Part shown: in pieces, positions 33,764-45,144 of the stretch
Numbering within the stretch: position 1 is the first letter of the stretch
Layout: each line of letters starts with the position of its first letter
Assembly (NCBI GenBank): GCA_023334545.1
Contig: JAADVB010000059.1
Coordinates: 1 to 64,000, forward strand
DNA from: Salisapilia sapeloensis CBS 127946
Taxonomy: Eukaryota > Protista > Oomycota
Length of the DNA stretch: 64,000 bases
Direction of reading: 5' to 3'
The notes under the pieces: generated by a model
What the model saw: only the letters and a program-made list of their open reading frames with translations
The model's database searches: none
Told to the model about the DNA's origin: nothing
Position numbers and translations under genes: made by a program

Positions 33764-35910
33764 ATGAGAAGAGATAGTGACGCCAGTGAAGACAGCGTCA
33801 ATGTCGACGATAGCTATGCTTCATCCCAAGTTGTTCCGACGATTTCATCCGCACGAGCATCGTACCAATACAGTTTCCAATGCATCGATAGCTCTCGAGG
33901 AAGTGCTGTCAATGTTTCACGGCAATCACTCGACCCGAGTTTGACACGCAAGTCGAACGATGTATTTATTCGTGGCTCACTTGCTGGAAAGCAGATCGAA
34001 AAGATCCCACTTGCATCTACTGGCATACCGGAGCGACCGAAAGACTATAAAGGTCGAATTCGGGTAAGCATTATTTACTTATACATACAATCCAAATGTC
34101 CATAGCATTCATTTACATTGGTTATATTCATAGACATGGCCAGGCGTCCTCCTTTTCCTGCTTCTATTTTGTGGAGCAATTTTTTCAATCTATTACCAAG
34201 GCTTGAAAGCCTACAACGCTCGTGTCGAACGCGTTCAGCAGTATGAAAAGCGTCGCTTTAGTGGAACGAGCATTACTGGTGGGAAGACGACTACAGATGA
34301 AATTATTGGAGGTGAACTGATCTCTGATGACGGAGCGATTGGCAATCCAAATGAGTATCCGGATGAAGGTGCGTTATCCACACTATTTGTTGACGATACG
34401 AATGTTCATGTATTGCACGCACAGAATGTGAGCTTCCAGATTACCAAAGCAAAGATGGTCATGTCGTTGCTGTATCCGAGAATGGGACTGAAGTGCCGAT
34501 CAAGATCAAAGGCATTAACTGGTACGTTTACTTCCTGTATATTCGTCATTTATCCCATTAAGCTCATATACTTTCGACGCTAGGTTCGGCATGGAAACGT
34601 ACGGGATAAGTGTTTATATTCTATCGTCATGCGATACTCACTTGTGGTTATGATTACATAGAGGCACTGTTGTACCGCTTGGATTGTGGTCTAACAGCGA
34701 TAACGGAACGACGCTATATCAAATTGCTCGATTCTTATCCACGAACAAGTTTAATGGCGTTCGTCTGCCAGTGTGTGTGGATTACTTGCTTAAAAACACC
34801 AAGCCACCCCTCGGGCTCGTCAACAGCTACGAGAATCGTGCGCTTTCCATGAAGAATTACATGTCGATGCTTCAAAGTATTATTAAAGCGTTTGCTTTCC
34901 GACGGATTGGTGTTCTAATATCCATGCATACACTCACAAGCAGTGACCATGGTGAAGTATGGTTTGACGAAGAGATCAGTGAAGACGACTTCTTGGACTC
35001 GATTGACGTTCTGACGAAAGGACTTTGCAGTGAAGAGTATTTCAATATCATGGGTATCGACTTGAAGAACGAACCGTATGGAGCTACGTGGGGCGATGGG
35101 ACAGACATTGACTATAAAGCTGGTGCGGAACGTATTGCGAATCGGATGCTCGAGGGATGTCCACAATGGATGGGCTTCGTCGAAGGCATTAATGGCGCTC
35201 ATTCCGTCGAGATTGACGGTACAGTGTTCGACTACTACGACTGGTACCTTATGAACGCTATGACAAAAACGTGCAGTTGGGTTAAGCATATGTGATATGT
35301 AGGTATGGAGGAGGATTACAGCCAGCCAAGGAAGACCCATTGAAATTCGACATTAAAAACAAAATCGTCTACGCGCCTCATTACTACAACTCTGGAGGTA
35401 TCTCCTGTGTGATAACTCAATGTAAATGCTTGGGATTTAACCTGCTGTATGATAGTGTACCCACAAGATTATTTGTACGAGTCCTTAAGTGGAGAAGAGT
35501 TTGTTGAGCTCGATGATGCCACATTACGCTCGAGAATTAAAGGCACGATGGATCACATGTTTGGCTTTTTGGCATCGGAAACAGGTCCAGCAGTGATGCT
35601 TGGTGAGTTTGGAGGTTTGTATGCGAAGGACTTGCATCCAAAGAAGACGACACAACGCTGCACGGATTTCCAGATCGAAGTCATCAAGCAACCAGGATGG
35701 GCTGGAGGTTTCGTCTGGAGTTTAAATCCAGAGAGTGCGTATCAGTACAATCCAGTCACACCAGGACATTATACCGAAGGTGTCTTGGAAGACGACTGGT
35801 TGAGCGCAGATGATGTCTTTTTAAAAGGTATGGAGGCGATGGACGATATGGATAACCTCGTCCCATTCCCATGCTTCCCGAAGAAGTCTAAATCCTCGTC
35901 CAAAGATTGA
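33764..35910 (+). CDS. Type II membrane-anchored glycoside hydrolase family 5 (endo-glucanase-like), multi-exon with a 15-nt micro-exon
   Basis: TM segment WPGVLLFLLLFCGAIFSIYY. Spliced KIKGINWFGMET. Catalytic DLKNEP (acid/base) and MLGEFGG (nucleophile). YAPHYY and WSLNPES also present. Confidence 0.92.
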
Positions 35911-36086
35911 GTTCAAAGCGAGGACGTACGAGATTGATGCATTAAATCCAAGTTTAAAACTTTTTCCGACTAACTTTGCTCGTTTTTCTTGTGCACGGAT
36001 GATGTCTTCTGTATTTAGCATCAGACGAATAAGCTGGCCCAAAGTAGCTTTAGCAATCGGATTGGATAAGTTCAAAAGATTGTATT

Positions 36087-36460
36087 CTAGTTTTGACTCG
36101 GGTCAGGTTTGGCAACGCCTCCTTTCGGTCCACGAATACGCGTGCGCATATCGAGTTGACCACGCTTGCACTCAAAGTATGCTAGTCGCATAGACTATTC
36201 ACAAGAATGAATAGAGTTAGACTGATTACAAACACATGGAAGGAACTCGCAACGCTAAAAGCTACTACTGTGTCTATGCAATCACAGACACAGCACCTAA
36301 TAGTCGTATCGGTCCAATGATAAAGTCGTACCTGGCACTCGTGTTGATATTCGTTCATTTTAAGGCATTCCTTGAGCGAGCGTGTGCCATCGGCCATGCA
36401 TTCGCCTTCCATCATGCACTCTTGCAGCGCAATCGCCATGTCACGACAGGATTTGCCCAT
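36087..36460 (-). CDS. COA5: Cytochrome c oxidase assembly factor COA5/Pet191 (2 exons)
   Basis: MGKSCRDMAIALQECMMEGECM...LKEC...ECQ | SMRLAYFECKRGQLDMRTRIRG gives the twin CX9C pattern and the conserved CKRGQxDMRxR tail. Confidence 0.88.
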
Positions 36461-36795
36461 TTTCTTGATTCTTGTCTGCTGTGCTTGTCAATTCGGTACA
36501 AAAGCGAGCTTTTGGTGCGATGTATTAATTTGGACCAGCATTAACGGAAATAATAAAGTGAACTACTTCGGAATATCTATTGCGTATGATGCATTTGATC
36601 TACTTTCAGACTCTGGTCTAGTAGAAACTCTAATATCTGTATCCATTCGAAATAACCATAGAATGGGGTATACAAGTCTGAATGGACGCGATATGGGACG
36701 ATGAAAAGTCGGGCACGAGATGCGTGCTTTCAAGAGTCGTACGAGGATTACCTGGAGGTGCGTAGCAAGTTGCTACGAAGTCGATTAAGCAACTG

Positions 36796-37623
36796 ATGCA
36801 GATTGGACATGAAGTTAATACGTGCAAGCTTTTATCTGGTAATGGAGCGTATACTTTGCAGGCACTCTTAGGTGTCATTGCCGTTGGTACACTATGGTAC
36901 AAACGCCAGGTCGAACGGCCACGACGGCCACTCGAGATATGGGCACTTGACGTCAGCAAGCAGACAATAGGGGTGCGTTGGTATATCGCATTCGCATGAG
37001 CAAACACTAACATGTTGAATAATGCACCGTTAGGCATTCTTTGCGCACATGCTCAATTTGTTGGTCGCCACGGAGTTTCCACCTGTGACGGACGAATGTG
37101 CTTGGTACTTTATCAACTTTGTTGGTGACTGCACCATCGGTACATTGATCAGTATCCTGTTGCTACGATGGTTGGAAGAACTCGCTGAGTCTTGGAATTG
37201 GAAGCGAATCCAAGAAAGTGGGAATTATGGTACCCCACCTTGCTATCGGTACACAAACTTTTCAGTCGATTTTAACTGCATCACGTGTATTTATTATTGG
37301 TGTTATTTACGTGCAATAGAACATGGTGGTGTCAACTACTAGCGTGGATTGGGATTATCATCATCACCAAAAGCGTTGTGGTATTAATTATCCTAGCAAC
37401 ATCAACGAGACTTGGAGCGTTCAGCGAAATCCTATTCACACCACTTCGTGATCATCCATTCGCAAAACTACTTTTAGTTTTGATAATATGTCCAAGTTTC
37501 TTCAACGTTGTACAGTTCTGGATCCAAGACAGCTTCCTCAAGAAAGATGCGAGTATCCAAGCACCACACTACCTCGGAGATGGCGTCGACAACACCCTCG
37601 CAACTCGGCTACTTATAGACTAG
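36796..37623 (+). CDS. STIMATE/TMEM110 family multi-pass membrane protein (multi-exon)
   Basis: CKLL...QALLG...LWYKRQVERPRRPLEIWALDVSKQ, AHMLNL, DECAWYFINF..DCTIG, WWCQLLAW, FFNVVQFWIQDSFLK. Confidence 0.88.
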
Positions 37624-37738
37624 ATATACGCTTGAAATATACTATTTTGCAACCATCTTGTCATGATATATATGTGGACCACAACAACCTCCACATCTTC
37701 AAGGCGAATGCACAAGCCATTTCCTCTCTTTTGGTAGT

Positions 37739-38095
37739 ATGCTCCGAAGTATCCTACGTACTCCCGTCCGTTCGTCTGCTTTAACAACTCGCTTCTCTCG
37801 CACTATGAGCTCTGCTGCTGATAAAAAGTACTACGTCCTCCGATACGAGTACGTTCCAGATATCCTGGAGAAACGCGGCCCCTTCCGTCCAGAGCACTTG
37901 CGGCTAGCACAAGAGGGAAAGCAAGCTGGACACATTGTCATGGGTGGAGCTTTCCCAGACCCGTCTGACTCTGCCATGTTCATCTTCCGAACCGACAACA
38001 AACAACTGATTGAAGACTTTGCTCAGAACGATCCGTACGTGAAAAACGGTCTTGTTCCGTCCTACTCGATCCGTGAATGGACTGTCGTGATCTAA
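37739..38095 (+). CDS. YCII-related domain protein with a probable mitochondrial presequence
   Basis: Arg/Ser-rich, acid-free N-terminus. YYVLRYEYVPDILEKRGPFRPEHL, GGAF, FAQNDPYVKNGLV, IREW. Confidence 0.88.
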   Translation: MLRSILRTPVRSSALTTRFSRTMSSAADKKYYVLRYEYVPDILEKRGPFRPEHLRLAQEGKQAGHIVMGGAFPDPSDSAMFIFRTDNKQLIEDFAQNDPYVKNGLVPSYSIREWTVVI

Positions 38096-38142
38096 CACCC
38101 AAACCGAGTTCCATTTGAACACCTTACAATGTCTAGTCTACC

Positions 38143-40350
38143 CTACGATTCTTGTCTTCCCTTCCCACTGGCTGTTCGTTGGATCTGATTTAATATATGC
38201 AAACTCCGCTTGGAAGCACGTACCGACTTCTTTGGTCCGGTCGCCTGTCGTACAGGTGTGAATCCACTATGCCCCGCTGGCATGACCGACCTCGCTTTCA
38301 ACCAATGCACTGATTCACTCGCACTCGTCTTTCCTTCCGATACTTGTTGTCGACTCCGTTTTCGATTCTTCGGTGTCTCGTACCCTTCTTTCCTTTTCCG
38401 AATTTCAGGAGATGCAAAAGGCGTTTCTTCACGAGGTTTAATCGGGAAGAAACCAATCTCATAAGAGTCAAAGAATGCGAGGTCATCCATGTGCTCCAAG
38501 ATCTCCTGGAAACTAGGACGTACGCCCCATGCCGTGCACTTGAGAAACAAACTACAGAACGGACCTAGCTTGCGTTTCATGGCGTCTGGGAGGGAAGTGA
38601 CGACGACGTCTTCCAACGACTGATGTAGCTTTCTTGTCTCTGTGTGATGAGATGGTACGACGTCGCCAACCAGTAGTCGAAATAAGATCTCTCGAGCAAA
38701 CGAACCGACATCACAGTTCTTATAAAAGCTAAAGTCTCCCATCAGGACGTCCTTCGGCTCTGACGATGGTAATTGGACACGCCCAAGATCCGAGAGTTTC
38801 ATCAAAGGTGCCCACTCCCTTTCATATCCTTTCGGAGGCATCTGGAGCAGGATATTTCGACATGCGAGGTCGCCATGGGCTACATTCAAGTCGTCATGAA
38901 GCACGACGAGAGGCTCACAGATCTGTTTAAGTATCGTCCGCGTCTCTTCTATTGAAAAAGTCACGATCTTCCGCTTCGAACGGCTTATATGATCTCCATC
39001 CGGTCGTCCGTATCGACGCAAGTAGTCACTTAATTTACAATCCAACACTTCGAGAGCGATGCATGTATGGTCGATGGCGTCACAAGCTCCGAGACACTGG
39101 ACAAATCCTCGCGTGTTCCGTACGCGACGTAAATAATGCAATTCCACGGCACTCCGATGCTTGGCTTCTTGCGTGGACGTCGTGTCTGTGCTCTTACTAC
39201 ATTTCAACGCTACTTTCTGTCCTCGAACAACACAAGCACGCACTCGTCCGTCTGTTCCTTCGCCATACACTCCACCAGTGTATTCTGCATCGAGACTACA
39301 ATTAAACAGACCTACATCTTGGATGACTGACGTAGATGTAAACGCATCGGACGTGCAGATACTATTGGACTCCTCCTGTGACGCTTTTGTCGCAAATGTA
39401 CCTGGCTCTGATACCTGACTACTTTCCACTTCATCCTTCCATTCTTCCTCTTCTTCTTTCTTCTCTTCGTCTGCTTCATCCTGCTTAGCAGGTCCATCCT
39501 TTTCGTCCTTTGCCAATGTCTCTTCGTCCATTAAGGACTGCGTTTTACTCACAGCGGAAGAGTGGGATAAAGCTGGTGAGATGGACGACAATGGACGCTT
39601 TCCATCTACACGTGTATCGTGCGTAGGCATAGGAGGTGGCGAGTATAAAGCTGGAGGAGCATTCATACGCTCTTGTAGTTTCTGGTTGTACTTGATATTC
39701 CGCTGCATCTGGTGCCAAACTGCCGAGTCTACTTGTAAGACTGGAGAAGCCTTTTCAGGAGAAAAAGAGATCATGCGTTTACTCGTTGTATCTTGTGTCT
39801 TGAGTGGCACAGAAGCAGAGGAACTGCTTTGAGCGATTGGACGCTTTACCTTTGTTTTCTTCACAGGAGCTGTGATTTCCCCTGCTAATGTATCCTTCTC
39901 TGGTGTCGGAATACGCACGGATGGAGATTCTATTGCTGCCTGTGTAGTAGCTTTCAAACGACAAGAGGAGCTGGACGATTCTTCTTCTTCCATATACTGT
40001 TCTTCTTTCTCTTCTTCTTCTTCTTCATCTACTTCCTGCTCTTCCTCTTCTTGCTCTTCCTCTTCTTGCTCTTTTTCCATTTCCTCCTCTCTGTTTATTT
40101 CTGCATTATTGGCTTCCACAGACTCTGAATCAACCTCTTGGTCTGAAACCTTCTCTGCATCTTTCGGATTCACAGACGCGACATTTGCTGTCTTCGCAGC
40201 CTTGATCACCTGCAACTCGGCCGACCTCTTCGCACGTGTAATGCGTCGGTATTTCGATCGAACCTCTTCAATGGCAGCAGGAGCTTTCCGCAATCGAGCT
40301 TCACGTAACTTTTCCGTCTCTACCCTTGTCTTGGACCTCGTTCTTCGCAT
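38143..40350 (-). CDS. Atypical protein kinase with a long acidic/disordered N-terminus
   Basis: YGEGTDG, VALK, HGDLACRN, KLSDLG, CDVGSF, RPSFQEI. No APE motif. Several S/T-P-x-K/R sites. Confidence 0.8.
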   Translation of the reverse strand: MRRTRSKTRVETEKLREARLRKAPAAIEEVRSKYRRITRAKRSAELQVIKAAKTANVASVNPKDAEKVSDQEVDSESVEANNAEINREEEMEKEQEEEEQEEEEQEVDEEEEEEKEEQYMEEEESSSSSCRLKATTQAAIESPSVRIPTPEKDTLAGEITAPVKKTKVKRPIAQSSSSASVPLKTQDTTSKRMISFSPEKASPVLQVDSAVWHQMQRNIKYNQKLQERMNAPPALYSPPPMPTHDTRVDGKRPLSSISPALSHSSAVSKTQSLMDEETLAKDEKDGPAKQDEADEEKKEEEEEWKDEVESSQVSEPGTFATKASQEESNSICTSDAFTSTSVIQDVGLFNCSLDAEYTGGVYGEGTDGRVRACVVRGQKVALKCSKSTDTTSTQEAKHRSAVELHYLRRVRNTRGFVQCLGACDAIDHTCIALEVLDCKLSDYLRRYGRPDGDHISRSKRKIVTFSIEETRTILKQICEPLVVLHDDLNVAHGDLACRNILLQMPPKGYEREWAPLMKLSDLGRVQLPSSEPKDVLMGDFSFYKNCDVGSFAREILFRLLVGDVVPSHHTETRKLHQSLEDVVVTSLPDAMKRKLGPFCSLFLKCTAWGVRPSFQEILEHMDDLAFFDSYEIGFFPIKPREETPFASPEIRKRKEGYETPKNRKRSRQQVSEGKTSASESVHWLKARSVMPAGHSGFTPVRQATGPKKSVRASKRSLHILNQIQRTASGKGRQES
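39961..40100 (-). repeat. Low-complexity GAA/GAG tract encoding poly-Glu (and a Ser run) in the atypical kinase
   Basis: The plus strand is a TTC/TCC-rich run; the translation is EEEMEKEQEEEEQEEEEQEVDEEEEEEKEE. Confidence 0.8.
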
Positions 40351-40400
40351 ACTGACGCTGTCAATCGCTCGTAAGAGAGAGAATCGATCACCTCGTGCCT

Positions 40401-40436
40401 TTCAAATGCGATAAAACGCGGGAACAACTTGGCGCG
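40401..40436. promoter_or_regulatory. Candidate CHR plus two E2F-like sites in the divergent promoter between the atypical kinase and RRP43
   Basis: TTCAAA (40401-40406), CGCGGGAA (40417-40424; TTCCCGCG on minus) and TTGGCGCG (40429-40436) within 36 nt. Confidence 0.4.
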
Positions 40437-40544
40437 AGTGCACATATACTTTATTCCAGTGAATAAGGATTGATGTGGTGTACCTTAATTCATGTGTCTG
40501 TACACGACGCTTCCAGCACACAGCTACTAAACCACTGGAAGACG

Positions 40545-41568
40545 ATGACAGAGCTTCAGTTCACTCCAGACGTGTACAAGAAACTTTTTCCACAAGAGTA
40601 CCTTGCCAAGTGCTTGGAGAATGGGGTACGACCGGATGGACGGAAGATGGAAACGCCTCGGCCGGTAGAACTCAAGACAAACGTCGTTTCAACGGCCAAT
40701 AGCTCCAGCCTTGTCAAACTAGGCCACACGGCGGTCGTCGCTGGGACGAAATTGGCAGTCGCGACACCTGCAGTGGATACGCCAGACCAAGGAGAGATTG
40801 GTATGTATTTCCTGTATCGATGTAGAGATATTGGATCGTGATTGTAACGAGAGTTTATCTGGAATAGTCATCCAAGTCCACCTGACACCACTATGCTCTT
40901 CCAAATTCAGTATTGGACGTCCGCCTGCAGAAGCACATGATATTGCCAGCTATCTCACGCGTATCGTCAATGGGTATGTCAATATTGAGATTGAAAGCTG
41001 TCGATCCGACTTTAACAACTAGAATCGATAGGTCTCGCGTCGTCGAAATGTCCGATTTGGGCATTGAAAAGGGAAAGTCTGCATGGCGAGTCATGCTCGA
41101 CGTCTATTGCATCGACCATGACGGTAACGTCTATGACGCCGCCCTGATGTCCGTCATGGCTGCCCTCCGTTCCCTTGAGCTACCTGCTGTTTCCATCAAC
41201 GACAGTGACCACATCGTCTCCATCAATCCTGGTACGTCGTCAATCCCAAAGAGTATTCGTATCTATGGTAACTTACGGCGTAAAATGTAGATGGCACGCC
41301 AACTCGACTGCCTATGCAACACGAGGCATATTCGACATCTTTTGCCACTTTCAATGGCAAGCTTGTGGTTGATCCTACAAGCCAAGAAGAGCAACTCGCG
41401 ACATCTTCTTTCTCTTTATCTTATACGACCAAGGGTTTCCTCTGCAGTGTCCGTAAGCCTGGTGGCACACCCATTGAGGCGTCAACACTTGAGAAATGTA
41501 TGACAACAGCCAAACGTAGAACTGTTCAATGCGCACAGCATGTTGAGGAGCACTTTGTAGCAAACTGA
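40545..41568 (+). CDS. RRP43: Exosome complex RNase PH-like subunit RRP43/EXOSC8 (multi-exon)
   Basis: YKKLFPQEYLAKCLENGVRPDGR, SSLVKLGHTAVVAG, VHLTPLCSSKF, LGIEKGKSAWRVMLDVYCIDHDGNVYDA, VVDPTSQEE. Confidence 0.9.
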
Positions 41569-41795
41569 TCTAGAGAAACTATAAAGAACATCTTTTCGGT
41601 ATCCTAGACCCTTCATATCCATCGCCTCCAAGCAGAAACGTAGCCAACATCAGAAAATTAAGCTCTTTATCAGATCAGATTTGGTTTTAGTATGTGTGCA
41701 GCATTGTCCAGAAATGAAAGAGCCTGGTCTATCGAAGCTGCATTCGCATTCGATTCATCCTGTGGCTTCCGGTACCCCTCCCACGAAGCGTCAGC

Positions 41796-43421
41796 ATGTA
41801 CGGATCGATCGACGACTCCATGTACGGATTCCAGAGACCGATGCAATCTACTCCGGATGATCGTCCGCGAAGGAGAGCGATAAAACCCATCGCTTTCACG
41901 GCATCGATCATTGCCACCCTCCTTGTGCTCACAGCCGTCACCAAGCACACGACCAGTAGCAGTGATACACCACTACGTATCGATCCTGCTACAACGAAAG
42001 AGCATCACCATAAAAGCGCAGTGATCTCATCGAACAAGGACGTCGTACCAGACGATCAAGTCACCTTTGTTCCAGGCTTCGGCCAGCCTCTTGAGACACA
42101 GGTATTCGCTCTTCCACTGTTTAACATGTGCTATCCCACTGATCAAGATGTGTAATAGTATGCTGGACTAGCAATGGTGAATCCAGACCACGGCGGCGAC
42201 CTCTTCTATTGGTTCTTCGAGACGTCTGGCGTCAAGTCGCAAGACACGCCACTCTTGCTTTGGTTTAATGGAGGTCCGGCAGCTTCCTCCATGACAGGTA
42301 TGTTGACTGAGAATGGTCCGTATCGGATCCAGTCGAACGGAACGCTAGCCTCTCACCCATTCTCGTGGACGAATGTCGGTCACATGCTCTTCATCGACCA
42401 GCCAGTCGGCACTGGGTACTCGACTGTCAAAGACGATGATGGGTACGTGAACAACGAAGAGGAGATGGCAGATCAAGTGTACAAAGCTCTTCAAGTCTTT
42501 TTTAAAAAGCATCCAGAATACTTGTCCAATCCGTTATATGTTTGTGGCGAAAGCTATGCTGGCAAGTACGTCCCGTACATCTCCAACCGCATCCACAGAC
42601 AGAATGAAATCGTACAGCAGCAACAAATGAATCCGAATGGCGAGACTGGTGACCTATACCTCCATTTCTACGGCCTAGCGATCGGCAATGGTCTCATCTG
42701 GCCAGTCCTTCAAACACGTTCCGTTCCGGACTATGCTATCTCTCTAGGTCTCATCGATTCGCAAGAGTATGAGCGAGCAAACTCTCAGATTAGTGTCTGT
42801 GAAGAGTTGCATCGACAGGGAAAGCAGGTGGAAGCGTTTAAATGGTGTCGAGCTGCCATTGATGAAATCTATGAAAGTGCTGGAAACCCTTTCATCTATG
42901 ACATTCGAGAGCACAATCCCAATCTCTTTGACGATATCTCCAAGAGTCTGTCGACGTACTTTAACGACAAGGCAGTCCGTCAAGCTCTACACGTTCCAGC
43001 GGATCGACAGTGGCAGTCAATTGATGGCGGCGCGTACGACCCAACGTCGGCGGACATCCCTCCTGTCGTCCAACATTTTACGCAAGACGAGATATTGGAT
43101 GTCCCGATTGATATCCTTCGAGATTTGTTAAACAACTACCGAGTGCTCTTTTATGCTGGAAACATGGACGGATCGACTTGTAACAATCTCGGCGTCGCTC
43201 GTATCATCGATCGACTCGCGTGGGAAGGCACACCCAAGTACCGTGCTGCACCTCGTATGCCATGGCGCATGGACGGCGATGTCGTCGGACTGGCGAAAGC
43301 GACTGGTAATATGAGTTTCGTCGTGGTCACCAACTCTGGGCATCTCGTACCTCGCGATCAACCAGCCGCCGCTCTGGACATGATGCGTCGGTTTGTCCAG
43401 GAAGAATCGTTTGCGACCTAA
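41796..43421 (+). CDS. Serine carboxypeptidase S10 with an N-terminal membrane anchor (intron about 42102-42158)
   Basis: [38 protein letters not shown] (nucleophile Ser), GNMD, SGHLVP (catalytic His). Confidence 0.93.
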
Positions 43422-43559
43422 TGTTGGTCATCAAGTGTTTCCATCGACATGCTCATGGGAGTACATTGTTGATAAAAGGATCTTGCATCGACATTGGTTT
43501 AAACGAAAAAAGAAATGAAACTTGTTGCTACTTCCTACACCATTTAATTCGATCGAGAG

Positions 43560-44642
43560 TTAATTCAAAATCGACGACAACGCATACGGATTCGACTTGA
43601 CATTTTGGACGCGGGATTCTTGACCGAGTGATAGGAGTGTCTCGACGGCACTTGATTGTTCTGTCTTTCGCACCTTGAGGTTATCCGAATCAGACAAGTG
43701 AGAGGAGCAGAGACCCCCTTTCTTTGCGCGAGCACTGCACCCGCTGAGTTTACATCGGCGGCCACCGCCGTGGCTATAGCATAAGCCGCCACTTTCGGCA
43801 CTGCTTTTGCATCCGTCCATACGACATCGACGTCCGCCACCGTGGCGTTTGCACAAGTCGCGACTAACGGCTCCGTTGGAACAACCTTCGATACGACATC
43901 GTCGACCGCCACCATGGCTGTAACAGAAACCTCGACTGCGGGAACTGTTCTTGCACATGGGAAAGTCACACTTCTTCGGATAAACATGGCGTTTGGTGCT
44001 TGGAGGTGTGAACGACGTGAACTCTCGCCAGTCGTCTGCCATGCTAGCAGATCTTGTCGTCGGTCTGGAAATGTCGTCTTGACTCGTACTTGAAGTGCAC
44101 TCACTCTCGCTCCGATACAGAGTCGGTTTTTCTTCGCTCCTGCCACGATCATTGTGAGGTGGTAACAAGGGCGCTCGAGGTAAAGGAGATGCAGTGTACA
44201 CTGGCGTGTGGGTACGGTGGTGCTGGGTCGGACCGTTAGTTGCATACGATGGATTCGGCATCGTTGGGTCGCTCATATACGGAGATTTGAACGCGTCACT
44301 TGTGAACGGCGACTCGTTCGTCTCGTAGGAGAGGACGCCGTATCTGCTCATCTCGAACTTGGGCGGGGTTTCCAATACCATTCTAGCTGGCGTGTCGGAA
44401 CCCACTCTCGCGGATGTAACGTACGATTGGAGAGCTGGGGGTGGAGATAGCACATCTAAATTGGAGGATGGGAACTTGGTTGTAGTACGTGTCGGTTGTA
44501 CTGCTCCCGGGGAAGTCGTTGTCGTAGCGTCGGAGACGAGAGCGATACCATTGAGATCGTGCGTCGGTGGTGCCGTTTCGTTGAGTAGGTAGACCATGGT
44601 GCTTTCGTCGTGCTCTTTTGCGAGATATCTTTCCGATCTCAT
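43560..44642 (-). CDS. Oomycete-type WRKY19-like zinc-finger (Cx4C...Cx2HGGG repeat) putative transcription factor
   Basis: Tandem repeats CDFPMC..RSRGFCYSHGGG, CRIEGC..VSRDLCKRHGGG, CRMDGC..ESGGLCYSHGGG, CKLSGC..KKGGLCSSH. First ATG is 44642 (the track's start at 44717 is a GTG). Confidence 0.85.
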   Translation of the reverse strand: MRSERYLAKEHDESTMVYLLNETAPPTHDLNGIALVSDATTTTSPGAVQPTRTTTKFPSSNLDVLSPPPALQSYVTSARVGSDTPARMVLETPPKFEMSRYGVLSYETNESPFTSDAFKSPYMSDPTMPNPSYATNGPTQHHRTHTPVYTASPLPRAPLLPPHNDRGRSEEKPTLYRSESECTSSTSQDDISRPTTRSASMADDWREFTSFTPPSTKRHVYPKKCDFPMCKNSSRSRGFCYSHGGGRRCRIEGCSNGAVSRDLCKRHGGGRRCRMDGCKSSAESGGLCYSHGGGRRCKLSGCSARAKKGGLCSSHLSDSDNLKVRKTEQSSAVETLLSLGQESRVQNVKSNPYALSSILN

Positions 44643-45144
44643 GGTGCCTCGTTCTGCTCGAAGAGGCTGAGATGTGTAAATGAATCGTTGACGCGAGAGA
44701 GAAGGAGAGATGGGCACCTTCGAAAAGTCCTTGGGACAGAAACGAGGCTTTGGCTGCTTTGTACTCTCATCAACACGAGATATTTGCTTTCGTGATCAGA
44801 TGCAAGTGTTTTCCATACGTCTAGATGAATCTGACTCAGCGCGATGGAGGCAGCGAAAGTCGATTTTCAAAATAAAACGCGGGCGTGGAAGTGGGGTTTA
44901 AATAGAAGAATGTCGTTGGAGACCATCACTGATATGAAAGCATCTCCTCGACAGAAAGGAGGCTGCTGTAGAGTTGACCTGAGCAGGGTCTTCGTTCGAC
45001 ATATGATTCGTCGGCGGATGTGTGGGCCAGCACCAGCTCGTGCGGATGTGTAGCCGTTTGCAACTTGATTCGTCGTCAACACTGCAACTTTCCGCTTGGG
45101 AATGAACGCCCTATGCGACCCTCCTTTTTAATCTAATCCTGTAG

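Noticed and set aside
33671-35910. GH5 locus looks like a frameshifted pseudogene in the ORF track (five or more fragments)
   Set aside because: Every break I traced is bridged by a canonical GT-AG intron, including a micro-exon, and both catalytic glutamates are intact.
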